Below are positions 1 through 24,877 of a stretch of 64,000 bases of DNA, piece after piece. The DNA lies in assembly GCF_009914755.1 (NCBI RefSeq), contig NC_060925.1. The stretch is one strand, 5' to 3'. This DNA is from the human T2T-CHM13v2.0 reference genome, Homo sapiens. The notes under the pieces were generated by a model. The model made no database searches. It saw nothing but the letters and a program-made list of their open reading frames with translations, and was not told where the DNA came from. Numbering within the stretch: the stretch's first letter is position 1; every line of letters begins with the position of its first letter. Made by a program: the position numbers and the translations under genes.

Positions 1-180
1 TACAAAAATTAACTCAAAAAGGCTCATAGACTTAAATTTAAGAACTAAAACTATAAAACTCTTAGAAGAAAACATATGTGTAAATATTCTTGACTTTGGA
101 TTAGACAATAGGTTTTTGGAGATGACACCAAAAGTACAAGAGACAAAGAAAGAATAGATGAATTAAAATTCATCATACTA

Positions 181-825
<645 letters not shown>

Positions 826-970
826 ATAACAATGAATTATTAGAGAAAAGAAAGAGAAAAAAATAACTCCTGGAATGTGAGGAAGTATTTTCAAGTCATA
901 CATCAGTAAGAGGAGTTATATCCAGAATATTTGAAAAACGCTTACAACTCCATAATAAAAAGAGAAATAA

Positions 971-1270
971 GGTGAGTGTGGTGGCTTGGACCTGTAATCC
1001 CCACACTTTGGGAGGCCAAGACAGGCAGATCACTTGAGCTCGTGAGTTCAAGACCAGTCTGGACAACAAGGTGACTTTCCATCTCTATGAAAAATACAAA
1101 ACTTGGCCAGGCATGGTAGTGTGTGCCTGTGGTCTCAGCTACTTGGGAGGCTGAGGTGGGAGGATACCTTGAGCCTGGGAGGTGGAGGTTGCAGTCACCA
1201 AGATGGCACCATAGCACTCCAGCCTGGTCAACAGAGCCAGACATTATCTAAAAAACAAAGAAAAATAAAA
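971..1270 (+). mobile_element. AluJ
   Basis: Dimeric Alu consensus match. Confidence 0.9.
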
Positions 1271-2653
1271 AAGACAAATAAGCCAATTTAAAAATGGTCA
1301 AAGGATTTGAACAGACATTTTTTCAAAGGAGATACACAAATTGTTGATGGGCTCATGAAAAGGTGCTCAATGTCACTCTGTGTCAATAGGGAAATATAAA
1401 GCAAAACCAGAAAGAGATACAATACCACTACACACCCACTAGAATAGCTATAAAGAAAAAGAATAATAGTAACAAGTATTGGTGAGGCTGTGGGTAATTG
1501 GAGCTCTTTTAAATTGTTATTAGGAATGTAAAATGGTGCAGTTATTCTGGAAAACAGCTGGACAATCCCTCAAAAAGTTAACCATAGAGTTACCATATGA
1601 CACAGCAATTCCACTCCTAGGTATATACTCAAGGTATGTACCAAGAAAATTGAAAACACGCATCACACAAACAATTAAACATGAATGTTCATAGCATCAT
1701 TATTTATAATCACCAAAAACTGCAAGTAACCCAAATGTCTATCAACAGATAAATGGCATATTCAGAAAATGGAACATTATTCGGCCATAAAAAGAAAAGA
1801 AGTTCGGATACATACTATTACATAGATGAACCTTGAATACATTATGCTAGCTAACTGAAAGAAGCTAGACACAAAAGATCACATATTATATGATCCTTTG
1901 TATATGAAATGTCCAGAAGGGCCAATTCATAAAGAGAAAAGGTAGATTAGTGGTAGCCAGGCTTTTAGTTAGGGAAAGTGGGGAGTAGCAGCTGATGTGG
2001 TTTCTTTTTAAGTTGATTGAAATGTTATGGATGACAATGCAGTGGCTCATGCCTGTAATCCCAGTATGTTGGGAAACCAAGGCAGGAGGATCACTTGAGG
2101 CCAGGAGTTTGAGACCAGCCTAGTCAACACAGCAAGATCCTGTCTCTACTCCATTCATATATATATGTTCATATATATGTTCGGGAATTATCACAAATTT
2201 ATGTGATGGATGTGAACTCTGTGAATATACTAAAAGTCACTAAATTATACACTTCAAAGAGAGGTATGTGTGAATTTTATTTCAGTAACACTGTTACAAA
2301 AAAGGAAAAGTAAGCTCGAGTATCTATGTTAATATCCAACAAAACATATTTCAGATAAAACAATATGACTAGGGATAAAGAGGATCATTTCATGATAAAG
2401 ATGCCAATTTATCAAAAGGGCATAATAATGTTAAATATTTATGTACCCGATAGCAGAGCATACATTAAGAAAATACTGATATAACTAAAATTAGACAAAT
2501 CCACAATTATAGCTGAAGATTGTAATGCCTGTCTCTCAATGATTGATGTAACAAATAAACAGAAAATAGGTAAGGATGTAAAAGATGTAGCCTAAGCTAT
2601 CAACCAATTTTACTTAATTGGCATTTCTAGAACACTTTATAGAACCACAAAAT

Positions 2654-3266
2654 TGTTTAGTAAAAAATTTGGCCTTTCCCAAAGAGAGGTCTGGCCTTTG
2701 CTCTCAGCTTCTGGCAGGTAATCTGTGTCATACCAGATAGAAATGTCTTTGTTTAAAGCAGGGGCTGGCCACATCATATCTTGGGGTGGGGCTGGCCATA
2801 GCTAACAGTCTGAGAGTAGGGGCTTTGGCTGACCTGGTAGAAGCCAACCTGGAGACTGAATTCAACCATATGGGCAATCAATCATGTCTTTATGATGAGG
2901 CCCCAATAAAAACTCCGGACACCAAAGCTCAGGTGAGCATTCCTGGATGGTAATATTTCTTGTGTATTTTCACAAACCAATGATGAGTCCTGATTCCACA
3001 GAGAAAGGAAAACAGGAACTGCATGTTGGATACTTATCCTAGACTCTGTTTAACATGCTTGTATCATGCCTGATTTTAATCTGTACCTTTTCCCAATAAT
3101 CACAGCTATAGCCATGAGTATATTTTTGGTGGGTTATCTGAGTTCTAGCAAGTTATCGAAACTTAGAGTGGTTTTGGGAACACCCTGAGCTTTCAGCTGG
3201 TGTCAGAGGTGAGGGCAGTCTTGAAGACTGTGACCTCTAACTTTATAGTTGACCCAAACCCTTGCA
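2654..3266 (+). mobile_element. Solo ERVL-type LTR (MER68/MER77-like)
   Basis: TG...CA ends, cccaaagagaggtctggcctttg start motif, internal aataaa, 5-bp TSD aaaat/agaat. Confidence 0.7.
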
Positions 3267-3289
3267 AGAATATTCTTTTTTATTTATTT

Positions 3290-3725
<436 letters not shown>

Positions 3726-5026
3726 GAAAATTCTTTTTTAGCACACGTGGAACCGTATACCACAGACCATATTTTGGGACATAAAACAAGTCTTAATACA
3801 TTTAAAATAAATCAAATTATATTAAGTGTGTTACTTTACTTCAGTGGAATTAAATTAGAAATCAAGATCAGAGTAAGGCAAAGAATCCTCCTAAACTCAT
3901 GCATGACAGTCATGAAGTTCACCTTCCTCTGGAAGGGAAAGAAAGGTGGTGGGGTTTAGGGTATTGCAGTACTGGAAATATATGCATGTTAGAGTAGAAG
4001 GATTCCATAGGAGGTTGGTCTAGAAGCACAAAAATGTCGGGTGGCTTTTAGTTGAGTATAAGGCTTGAACAGCATGAGGGACCATGAGGTTAAGTGGAAA
4101 TCCTAAGACTAAAGCATCAAAGGCTTCAGTTAACTTTGCAGCTGCTGTGACTACACACAAACAAAAAGGGTAGGCTTTTGCTACAGGGTCAAGTGAGAGG
4201 CCAAAATAAGCTACTGGACTATGATGTCCATTGAGCTTTTGATTTAGAAGCCTGCAAGATTCGTACTGATCTTTCATGTATACATAGAAAGGTTTATAGT
4301 AATTGGGAAATTCAAGGATAGGAATGTTTTGAAGGGAGTCCTTTAAGTTATAGAAAATAGTCTCAAGTGAACCCGTCCAGGGCAAGGGCTCAGGTATTTC
4401 TGCTGTTATCAGAACATTTAAAGGGACGCAAATTCTGAAAATTAGGAATGCAATGTCTACGGTTTTCTATGAGGCTGAGAAATCCTTGATGTTGTCTTTT
4501 AATAACTGGATGGGGGCAAGTCCCTAAAGTTTTTCAACAAAGAGGCTTTCCATCTCGTGTGATGTCATGGCCTAGATAATGGATGTGATAAACTTGGGAG
4601 TTTATTCTTAGAGACATTGTGTGCCTTGTATGTAAACACTCTCTGCAAATGGAGAAAATCAATTTTGGAAGCCTCTTCATCTGGAGAGCATAACAGAGGG
4701 TCATCATATTTTATAAGAATAGATTCCTAGGAGAATTGGATGTCTCCAAGGTTATTGTTGAGTTCTTGGGCGAAATAAGAGGATGCTTCTGTAAGCCCTT
4801 GGGCATCACTGTCTATATGTATTGTTGGTTTTTCCAAATAAATACTATGAGTATGTTTGCAAGGACATTCTAAAGCATGTAAGGAATAGGCCAATGACTA
4901 TAAAGTAAGTAGCTGTTTCAGGGATTGAGGGTAGGATGGAATTGGCATTGGCAATTACAGGGAAGCAAGAAAGCAAATTATTAATAACCCTATCTCTTGT
5001 ATGATGTGGCTGCTAAACCTATAGGC

Positions 5027-5323
<297 letters not shown>

Positions 5324-6346
5324 TATAGGCCTTTTTGATAGGCAGAATGCAGTTAATACAAGGGCTGGTGCAAGGAATAATTTGGGGTTTTTTTGGTTGT
5401 TTTTTTTTTTTTTTTTCTGGCAGCATACAGGATAAGACAGCCTAAAGGGCTTCTACATCCTCCTTTTTGTAGCAGTTTTGGGAGGTCATAACTAGATCAG
5501 TTGAGATCTTTAAGGATCTAGCCTTTGTTGTGTGTCCCACATCTGAATTGTCTTTGGCCCAGAGTTTATCACAGCTAGGTCCAAGGTTTGAGGTGTTTAT
5601 AGGGGAGGCATCAGGCAGTGATTAATCAGTCTCTGCCATCATCAAACTATTGACCAAATTATGGTACTCCACTTATAACAAATTCACTGGAGTGAAGTTA
5701 CTAAGCAGAAAAGTATATTGACTAGTGAGAAAGCCCAAACAGACAGGAAACAGCTGAGACAAAGGCAGAGACTGAGGTGTATTTGAGATTTCTACCACTG
5801 AAAACTTTTTGTTACTCCAAGGAAGAGAATGACAGAATGGTGGTATGGTTTACGGTAGAAAGTAAGCATTCTGTTTTTGCAATTGCGTGCAAATTTCTCC
5901 CTTTTGTGTTAAGGGCAGTTGTGGACAGACCAGAGCAGCTACTCCTGCAGAGCTGTCATTTGGCAACCAAACTTTGCTCTTTGTCTTTTCAGATCCTATC
6001 TTTTGAGCTAAGGTAGAGCAACTGTTCTTTCAGTGTCCCTTTTCCTTATACTATGAACAGGTGTCTTTGTCTAGACTAGACATAGAGGTGTCCTTGTTCT
6101 AGTTATTTCTAGTTGCCTAATCTAAAAAGTTTATTTATAAATTTTTTCTAAGTCAAAATATCACAGTATTCTGAAAGATCTTGTAATTTAGAGAAGGGGA
6201 CATACTATCTTCTATTTTTAAACTAAACCTGCCACCTTGGTTTAGGACCATCCAGAAAAAATTAAATAAGACAGCTGTGATATCTTTGCCCTTGTCAAGA
6301 CTAGAGAGCTCCTGGAAAGTGGTAGTTAAGTGATCTCTGAAATTAG

Positions 6347-6610
<264 letters not shown>

Positions 6611-6776
6611 CTACAGGAAAGACTTCATGGAAAGCTGCTAAGAGATCTTGTCTCATATATATAATATATATATATATAGAGAGAGAGAGACAGGATCTCT
6701 TTAAAAAATCCTGTGCAATTGGCATCACAATGTATGTACGTATGTGTAAGAGGCTGGACCATGATCTGGAATTTCA

Positions 6777-7293
<517 letters not shown>

Positions 7294-7764
7294 TTACCCA
7301 GAGCAGGACTTACTCAGCTCTGGAGTCACCAGTACTCTTAGGAGAGAAAACAGCAAAGTTTCTACCGAATTTTATCCATATTTGAGCAGAAGAGGGTCCA
7401 GGATTCAGGTCACAGCATCAGAAACCGTGGGAGAAAATGAGCCACCGCACCACGAAGCCCAAGCGTCCATTCAGAATGCTGCAGCCTGAGAACTGTTCTG
7501 AAGGGATGCTTTGCCTTGAGGAAGAAAGTGGAGATTGTATAGAGCTTTAGCCTAAGAAGGTCAAGTTGAAGTTCAACTAGTCTTGAGAATAGTTGGTCAA
7601 AAATGCTTCTTGGAAAAATGGTTTTTTTTTTTCAGTTTTTGGCTATTCATTGGGCAGTACAGCCAAAGAATACCAATATTTATAAGTAGCAGGCTACTGA
7701 GTGTGGTCTGAGGAATAGGACAGGTATAGCCTCTCAGAAAGTAGAATTTGTGACAAATGAATTA

Positions 7765-8868
<1,104 letters not shown>

Positions 8869-8999
8869 ATAAAGTAGGGCTATTGCAAGTGGTTAACTCA
8901 ATCACTTAGTCCATGTGGAGTTAAGAGTGCTAGGGCTGGAATCCTGGCTGTGCTAACTCTAACTGTGTGACCCACCTTATGGTTATGCTTGACCCGTAG

Positions 9000-10130
<1,131 letters not shown>

Positions 10131-10149
10131 ATAATGCACAATTATCCAC

Positions 10150-11359
<1,210 letters not shown>

Positions 11360-11419
11360 TCACCCCTTAGTTTTCACTGTTAAATACAAGTTACTATGGT
11401 TAATTGTCTGGTGCATTCA

Positions 11420-12877
11420 GTCTTTCACACTTTAAAATATCTAGTATCTCTGAATTCATTCATGTCTTTTTATTTCCATCACAAACACCACCCTCCTTGT
11501 CCAAGCCATAAATCTTTTTCACCTGGTGTATTGAATTAGCTTTTTAACCATCCGTACAGTTTAGAGTAATATTTATAAAATTAAAGTCAGAATGTGATAT
11601 TCAGTTTGTAACTGTCAGTGTCCCACTGCATAGTCTAACCCCACATGATTTCTCCAGCTTCATCTTCTGTCCCTTTTCTTCTCACTCACTTCTCTGGAGC
11701 CAGACATGTTTCCTTGGGTCTCCATGAACATACTCCCCAGCCCAGAGCCTTGGTGCTTGTTCTTCTCTCTACCTGAATGTTCTTTGCATGGCTGGATCCT
11801 TTTCATCATCTGGTCTTAGAGGAAATATTACCCTCTGTGGTATGATATGACATATCCCAGTTCCTGTCACAGGGCTCCTAAAATCCTTAGAACATCCTGA
11901 GTGATAGGGGTGCCTTCAGTTATGCATAATGAGCCCCCTTGGATCACACCTGGGTTCATGATAATGAGTGATTTGGGGTGAAGCCCCTAGATAGCCCAGG
12001 ATGTGGCCAGTCACCAAAAAGACCCAATGATTAGAGGATTAGAAAGTTGGAACTTTCAGCCCATCCAACAGCCTCCAGGAAAGGGGGCTGGAAGCTAGAT
12101 GTTAAGCTCTATAAAAACTCCTTAACAAGACCTGATGAGCTTTCAAGTTGCTGAACACGTGGAGGTGCCTTTTCCCCAATGCCTTTCCCTATGCACTTCT
12201 GCATCTGGCTTTTCATCTCTACCCTTTATAATCAATAGGCTTAGTAATAAACCAGTAAATATAAGTAAGTGTTTCCCTGGATTCTATGGCCTGTCCGAGC
12301 AAACTATCAAACCTGAGAAGGGGGATTGTGGGAACCCAGATTTATACCTGGTACATCAGAATCACAGGTCATAACCTGGGACTTGCAATTGGCACCTGAA
12401 GTGGGGCAGTCTTGGGAGACTGAGCCCTCACCCTGTGGGATCTGTTGCTGTGTCCAGGTATCTAGTGTCAGAATTGAATTGAATTATAGGATATGCAGTT
12501 ACCATACACTGGAGAATTGATAGGGAGAAATGCCAACACAATTTGGTGATCACAAGTTAAGTGTTCTGAACTGCTTTGAGTGTGAGAGCAAGAAAATCCA
12601 TTAGTTTGGCTTTTTATATCTAATAGACCTCAGAGACCTTCCCTGACCACCCTATCTACACTAGTTTCTCCCACATCGTATTCCGTTTTTAATTTTCTTC
12701 TTAGTGTCTACCAAGTACCATCATCTGAAACTACCTAAATCCCTTTTTACTTGATTATTTTCTGTCTTCCCAACCAGAACATAAGCTCCAAGAAAATAGG
12801 GACCTTATATTAATCATCACTGTTTCCTCAAGGCCAAGAATGCATCTGACCATAATAGAAGCTCAAGAAATGTTTGT
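11420..12877 (+). mobile_element. L2 3' fragment split by MER21
   Basis: ctcagagaccttccctgaccaccctatct, gctcaagaaatgtttgttg (L2 3' end). Confidence 0.7.
11836..12627 (+). mobile_element. MER21-family solo LTR
   Basis: tgtggtatgata start, gggctcctaaaatcctt, ataaaccagtaaatataagtaagtgtttccctg, gtgtcagaattgaattgaatt; cctc TSD. Confidence 0.8.
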
Positions 12878-13190
<313 letters not shown>

Positions 13191-13819
13191 AAATGTTTGT
13201 TTATGGGTGAAAGAATATCAGCAACATTGCTGGATCTTACCATGTGTATTTCCAACCCTACTGAGGTGAAAAGCCAGGCCTGGGCCAGGACTGTGGGTCT
13301 TCCATTTCTTAGCAACCCCAGTTGTTTTCTGCTTAATGGCTTTAGCCTTCAGGCATAGATCCAGAACAAAAGGGTATCAAGGGAGTTGCAAGGAACCTAT
13401 CTTCTTTAATCTCCCCAGGAATGTTGCCCCTGCCCCCAAACTGCATTCCAGTCTTAGCCTTGGAATGAGAGCCCTCTTTCACCAAAAGTGTGCATGACAA
13501 GAGGCTGTTTCAGAGGGTCCAAGACCAGGGTTTCCACAATTCTTAGTGTCTTCTCCATATTCCCAGTAAGTGTTTTAGGATTCCACATTTTTCCAGTCAA
13601 GTGTATCAACCATTTTTACACAAAAATGGAGCAAATTAGAGCACTTGGTTGGCTGCATTTGGGCCTTGCAAGTTGTTGATTGATTGATCTGGATTTCAGA
13701 ATCTGGTTTGTAGTTCAGTTTTTTTCCCTGCTTCCAGCTTTGCACATTTGAACTGGAATTTGCCTTATTGTCCCTTGTCAAAATCATTGAACTGTTCTGA
13801 TTAGCCTAAATCTCACTCA

Positions 13820-14192
13820 ACAGATTTGTTTTCTGTTGCTATAATGGAATACCACAGACTGGGTAATTTATAAAGAACAGAGATTTGTTTCTTGTAGTTC
13901 TGGAGGCTGGGAAGTCCAAGGTGGAGGGGCATGCATCTGGCCAGGGCCTTCTTGCTGCATCAACCCATGGCAGAAGGCAGAAAGGCAAGTGAGTAGATAT
14001 GAGCCAGCTAGAGCAGACAGGCCCCAACTCGCTTTTTATCAGGAACCCACTCTGGAGATAACAGCATTAATCCATTCATGAGAGCAGAGCCCTCATGGCC
14101 TAATTGTCTGTTAACAATCCCACTTCTTAATACCATGACGATGGCAATTAAATTTCAACATGAGTTTTGGAGGGGGCATTCAAACAATAGCA
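13820..14192 (-). mobile_element. MaLR solo LTR (MSTC/MSTD-like)
   Basis: gctataatggaataccacagactgggtaatttataaag ... tttcaacatgagttttggagg. Confidence 0.8.
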
Positions 14193-16520
<2,328 letters not shown>

Positions 16521-16873
16521 TTTTATGGCCTACTTCTTGATGCCACTGTGTTTTGGTTAAATTTATTCTGATTGCAGATAACAGAAATCAGCTCATACAA
16601 AAAAGGAAATTTAGAGAAAAAAATTTAGAATTTAAAAAAAGGAAATTTATTGGAAAAATTCTGGATAATTTTCAGAAATAGAAAGGTACCCAGAAAGTCA
16701 GGAAGCAGCAGGCAGTGGTCTGCACTGAGCTGCAGGTGCCCTCTCAGCATGCCTGCCTCTGCCTCCTCTTTTGCATTTCTAGCCACTACACCCCACAAGA
16801 TGACCCCGCCATTGCCAGTTAGATATCACCTCACCCCCAGCCTCAGAACTCACAGTTGTCTTTGAATTTATAT

Positions 16874-17241
16874 TATTCCATGGGCTGAATTTTGTCACCC
16901 CACAACTCATACGTCGAAGCCTTAACCCCAGGGTGATGGTGTTTGGAGACAGAGCCTTTGGGAGATAACTAGGATTAGATGAGGTCACTAGAATGGGGCC
17001 TACATGATGGGATTACTGCCCTTATAAGAAGAGACTAGAGAGCTAGCTTTCTCTCCACCAAGGAAAGGCCACAGGGAGAAAGCAACCATCTTGCAAGCCA
17101 GGCAGAGTGGCTTCTCCAGGAGCCAAGTTGGCTGGCACCGTGATAGTGGACTTCCAGCCTCCAGAACTGTGAGAAATACATTTTTGTTTAAGCCATCAAG
17201 TCTATTGTATTTTGTTATAGCAACCCACACTTACTAAGACA
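16874..17241 (+). mobile_element. MLT1A-type MaLR solo LTR
   Basis: catgggctgaat..., gacttccagcctccagaactgtgagaaata, ttttgttatagca...actaagaca. Confidence 0.85.
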
Positions 17242-18419
17242 CATTACTAAGAGAGAGAATCTGATGGAACAACCTTGGGTCAAATGGGGTGTAAGTCAAG
17301 GAAAAAGTCATAAGGGAAAGACAATGGTTAATAGTTCAAAAGATTGTTTTATATATTTGCAAAAACAGCTTCAAAGGCTGACTCCTAATGAGTGTTCAAA
17401 TGAACTTTCGTAGAATATTCAGTATTAAAGGGTAATCAATATATATAGTCTCTCTCTATATATAAAACCACAACTCAAATATAAAGTGAATGCATATCAA
17501 AGATTTTATTTAACTCATTAATTAGTGAAGGGATCAGTAAAATGTTTCAACCAGTTCAAGAGAGAATTCAAAGATCACACATATAAATAGGCCAAAAAAT
17601 GCATTTATAAATAGATGCAAAACTGGCTTTTTGTGGGGATGGGTGAGAGAAAAATCAATTGCCCCTCCACTAGACAAGATTCATTTTCATGTGTATAAAG
17701 CAGAATTATTTGCATTGCTATCAGTTGTTTACAACTTACAGTGTTGTAAAATAGCTTTGAGACAATGAAAGGTGCAAGTCCCATAGAATCAGATAACCTA
17801 GAAGGGTGAGCTGTACGTAAAGCATGGTTTTTCACTGAAGACATTTAGTAATTCTTTGATCCATTTCACAGCCTTTCACAATTTTTTTCTGACAACTAAA
17901 AATACCTGAGTCATTGGTAAGCACCATTTCTTCACGATTCCCTCACTGTCCATTATTTTTATGTGCTCAATATTAGTTGGAACCTTTTCATTTTTAAAAA
18001 TGAAGTTTTCTATTTAATTATTTAAAGTTATATGGCACTCAGAGTCATAATTACATACAAAAAATATCAGATACCCAAATTCCTTGTAATTGTGCATAAT
18101 TTTATCCTGTTAAGCCCCAAAGCTGTATTATCTCATCCATTTTGGTCTTTCTAAACCATATTAGATCTCTGCCTCATATAAAAAAAAAATGGAAAAGACT
18201 ATTAATGATATGAGCAAATGCTCACAAGGTTAATATTAAACCTCAAAAAGCAGGATAAAATTGTGTTCTAGTGGATCTAAATTTTCTCCTGTGTCTTTTT
18301 TGTTTTGAGAACTTTGAAAATACAAAACATAATTACCTATATTTTTCCACCCGAGAATCAACAGCTGTTAGCAGTCACATTGTGCCGGTCTTTTTTCTTG
18401 TTGTATTACTATTTTCAGA

Positions 18420-18765
18420 TTATGCCCTTTCCTGAGAGAATCTTATGCACCCCCCTCATTGCCACGTGACTTGCAGGACACACCCCATTTATGGCGGGTG
18501 TGGCCATCTGACTTAGTTTTGTGGGCTCTGTGCTACTTCCTAGCTGATGCTTTGGTTCTGCCACCTTTCATTTCCCTCTGCTGTGAAAACAGCGTCTTTG
18601 TAGTAGAAGCGTTTGCTTCCACTTAAATCCCAGAATAAAGAAGACACGTCGAGCAGAACCCTGGCCAATCTGCAGCTGGGTTGACCAGAGCAGTAAATAC
18701 ACCTGTGTGCATGTAAGCCCTTGGGGTGTGTGGAGGCTGTTTGTTACTGTGACACCACCTAGCCA
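18420..18765 (+). mobile_element. Old MLT1 (I/J-like) LTR fragment
   Basis: gtggccatctgacttagttt, gtaagccc...gctgtttgttactg...acctagcc. Confidence 0.55.
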
Positions 18766-18793
18766 TGTATTTCGTTTTTAAAATGAAAGATGT

Positions 18794-19087
18794 GGCCGGG
18801 TGTGGTGGTTCACGCTTGTAATCACAGCACTTTGGGAGGCTGAGGCAGGAGGATCACTTCAGCCCAGGAGTTCAAGACCAGCCTAGGCAACATAGCGAGA
18901 CTCTGTCTCTACAAAAAATCAAATAATTAGCCAGATGTGGTGATGGACACCTGTAATCCCAGTTACTTGGGAGGCTGAGGTGGGAGGATCACTTGAGCCC
19001 AAGAATTCGAGGCTGTAATGAGATATAATCACATCACTACACTCCAGCCTGGGCAGCAAGAGTAAGATTCTGTCTCTAAAAAAAAAA
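18794..19087 (+). mobile_element. AluJ
   Basis: Full dimer. Confidence 0.95.
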
Positions 19088-19325
19088 TTACAGATGTGTA
19101 TGTGTTGCATTTTGATTCCTACATTTTCTCCTTCAGAATTCACTTTTCTTTTTGTTCAAACAGTTCTTTCAGTGAGAGTCTGTGATTAGTAAAATTTCAG
19201 AGTTTGTGCGTCTTACTGGGCATAGATTTTTACATTTAACATTATTTTATTTCAGCATTTTCAGGATTTTATTCCGTTGCCTTTTGGCATCTGCTTATGT
19301 ATGAGAAAGTCGGGAATCAATCCGA

Positions 19326-19920
<595 letters not shown>

Positions 19921-20240
19921 CAATCTGATTCTTGTTTCTTGGTAAATAATCTGTCTTCCCTCTTTAGTAGCTTTTAAGATTTCCCTTTCTTGTTTTCAAG
20001 TGTGGCTATGAGTTTTTAAACCTATTCCCTCTCTCATTTTATGTGTTTGGAGAAGGAGGAGGTTTCAACTTTGCTCCACCTGCTGTCTTGACCCAGAACT
20101 TGGTTCCTGCATGACTAAATGGAGCAGACTTGCTTTGATGGCATATACTCATTATTTTGAATCATCCACTTTTGTGTAGTGTTGCAAAAACCTCATGCCC
20201 CTCAGGCCCTGATAAAGTTTATATACCTATTTGGATTTAA

Positions 20241-20613
<373 letters not shown>

Positions 20614-20959
20614 TAGAGTTTTTCCCCTTCTCTTCTTTCTGGCTGTAAGCTGCCACTTGATTCCAATGTCCATATACACATCTATAGCAATATTTTGCCT
20701 GTTGCTTGGGCTCTACGCTACTCAGAATGATTCCTCCTGCTTCACTGCACAGAACAGATGTACTGTCTCTATGTCTATAGCTCCTGCCTCCAAACTCAGC
20801 TTGTGACTTCACTTTCAAAACCCACAGGATTACTCACGTGCTCTAGCAAACAATGGAATATCTCTTATGATTCCTTTTCTTTTTCCAACTAGTTCAGCAA
20901 ACAAAGAGATGATATAGAAATGTATTTCTTTATTGATAGAACTCATGTACTTCATTAGT

Positions 20960-21790
<831 letters not shown>

Positions 21791-21906
21791 TATCTCACAT
21801 AAATGGAATATATTTCTTTATGCCATTGCTTTTGATTAGTCTGCAGCCTATATTAGCTTACGTCCTTGTTCTCAGCCATATTCTAGTTAGATGAGATATG
21901 ACTCAA

Positions 21907-22485
<579 letters not shown>

Positions 22486-23901
22486 GTACCAATTTTAAAA
22501 AGAAATGTAAATGTTTTTATTTTCATGGCCCTTGGCTGTTTTCAAAGATCATATCAATAACTGTAAAATGGATAAAACACTCACCATCAAAATCATTGAA
22601 GGTAGCTAACTTGAAATGCCATCCAGGAACCACTGTAGAATTGGCAACATTGACTCACACTCTTCTCAGTTAGTTCAATTCCACCTTTACTGGGTGCCTA
22701 TAGCGCTGGCCAGGCACCAGTTACCTGTGGTGAATACAGGAACAATCAAGATTGCCCTGTCCTTGAAGAGTTCCATTTTAGTGCCTTACAAGTAACTGAA
22801 GGCAGCGGGAAGCCACCAGTGGTTTTACACAGAGCCAAAAAGTGATCACCTCTATATCTTTGAAAGACAGCTCAGACTACATACGGTGAGTGGGAAGAGT
22901 ACAGAGGATTGAGGCAGGGGATTTTGTTCTAGAGGCCAAATATTGTTCTGCATTGCTGTGTCATTGCTGTCTGTTAATTGCACCCCACGTTCCGCACCAC
23001 TTGCCTCATCTATCCCAGAATCTTATCCCTCACCTTTAGATTTTTCTCACCTCAAACCTTCAGTTCCATACCCACCCTACCAGAAGTTCAGGGATAGTCA
23101 AAGTGGCTTTCTGAGATCAAGAGTCCACAATGTCTTCATGAATCCATTCTTTGCACATTTACGAAGCTCTGCATATGCTCTGGGCTCTGCGCTATGGGCT
23201 AGAGTTGCAAAGGTGGATCAGACTCAATTCTTGCTTCCAAGGCAGGGACAAAGTTTTTTGCTTCTCTTTCTACTTGAAGAGTATTAAGAATCTAAACTGA
23301 TCTTGGCTAGAGAAGGCAGATAGAGGAGACGGGTGGAGCAAGAATCAGAACAAAAAATGGGTAGCCTGGGATTGATAGCCATGAAATCAGGAGGGCAGAT
23401 TTGTCCTCAGGGCCCAGTAGTACTTTTCTCTGAAGCCAGAGACGGCCTCCTTCCCTTCCTTTTTCCCTTCTTGCTCCTCTGGTCTCCTCACAGCCAAGCC
23501 TGGCTTCCATTCAAACTTTCCGGAAATCCCCTACCCAATTTCCAGCTTTTCAAACAATGACTCTCTGGAGAATATTCCCATTGTCCTTGGAATTAGAACA
23601 ATGAGAGAGTAGAGCCTCCTCTCTGGCTTCAGACTACATCCCTGCTCCCAGCCAGCCTCCCACCAAAGTAAAAGCTTCCTCGACTCTCCAATCGCTGTTC
23701 CCATCTGTAGTGAGGCAGAAAGACAGGGGAAGTATAAGAAAAAGCATTTTCTACAAGTCAACCCAGCCCCTTAAGCACTACCTGGTGCCTTTCTTCTCCC
23801 AGCTAGAACTGAGAAGAATCTCTCTACAGGACTGGGATTGGACACCTGCCTATGCTCTGGGTTGGCAAGCAAGCTCCGGGTTTGACTGCTGTGTTTTCTA
23901 A

Positions 23902-24221
<320 letters not shown>

Positions 24222-24877
24222 CTAAATCTCTTTTGATGCCTCAGTTTCCCCCCATCATTGAGGTGAGAGGACCCAGAGGCCATTCTGAAGGGATTGGCAG
24301 TCTAATTTTCCTCACTGCCTACTCCTCTTCCACTCCCTACTCTGACCCTAGGAGACTCCTGTCCCCTTTCTACCCAGTTCAGCCAAAAGCGCTGCTGGAT
24401 GGGGAGGGTGCAGGCGGGGCTTTTCTTGCACCATCCTGGCGCCTGACTGGGTCAAGTTACTGGAGGCAGTCTGGATTTGAATGTGCAAATAAACAGAGGT
24501 TGCTTTGATCCTTGAGGCTGACAGGGAGGGGGAAGAAAACGGAGTGCCCTGGTCAGAGAAGTGCATGCTGGGCACTTGAAAGAGGGTTTGGGGGATGTGG
24601 AGCATGAGCTTGTCCTTATTCCTTTGACTGGACCAAAAACCTAATTTGTTAAAAAAAAAAAAAAATAGAGAGATCTTGAAAGAGTCAGGGACCCACATCA
24701 GACATTTCAGACCTCCTCTGGGAACCAAATATTCCAATGGCCTTTCTGCCTTGTCACCAGGAGGGGAGTGGGTTGCTTGAAGCCCACCCTCCCTCAAGGC
24801 TCTCTTGCCTTTGGGACATCTTGGGTGCCACTTGGGAGAAGGAGAAGCAGGATGGAACTATGAGGTGTGTGTGGTTC

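Noticed and set aside
4020-4385. 121-aa ORF with real pol similarity as a functional or domesticated CDS
   Set aside because: It is an isolated open stretch in a pol frame otherwise broken by stops, frameshifts and Alus; the YxDD region is damaged
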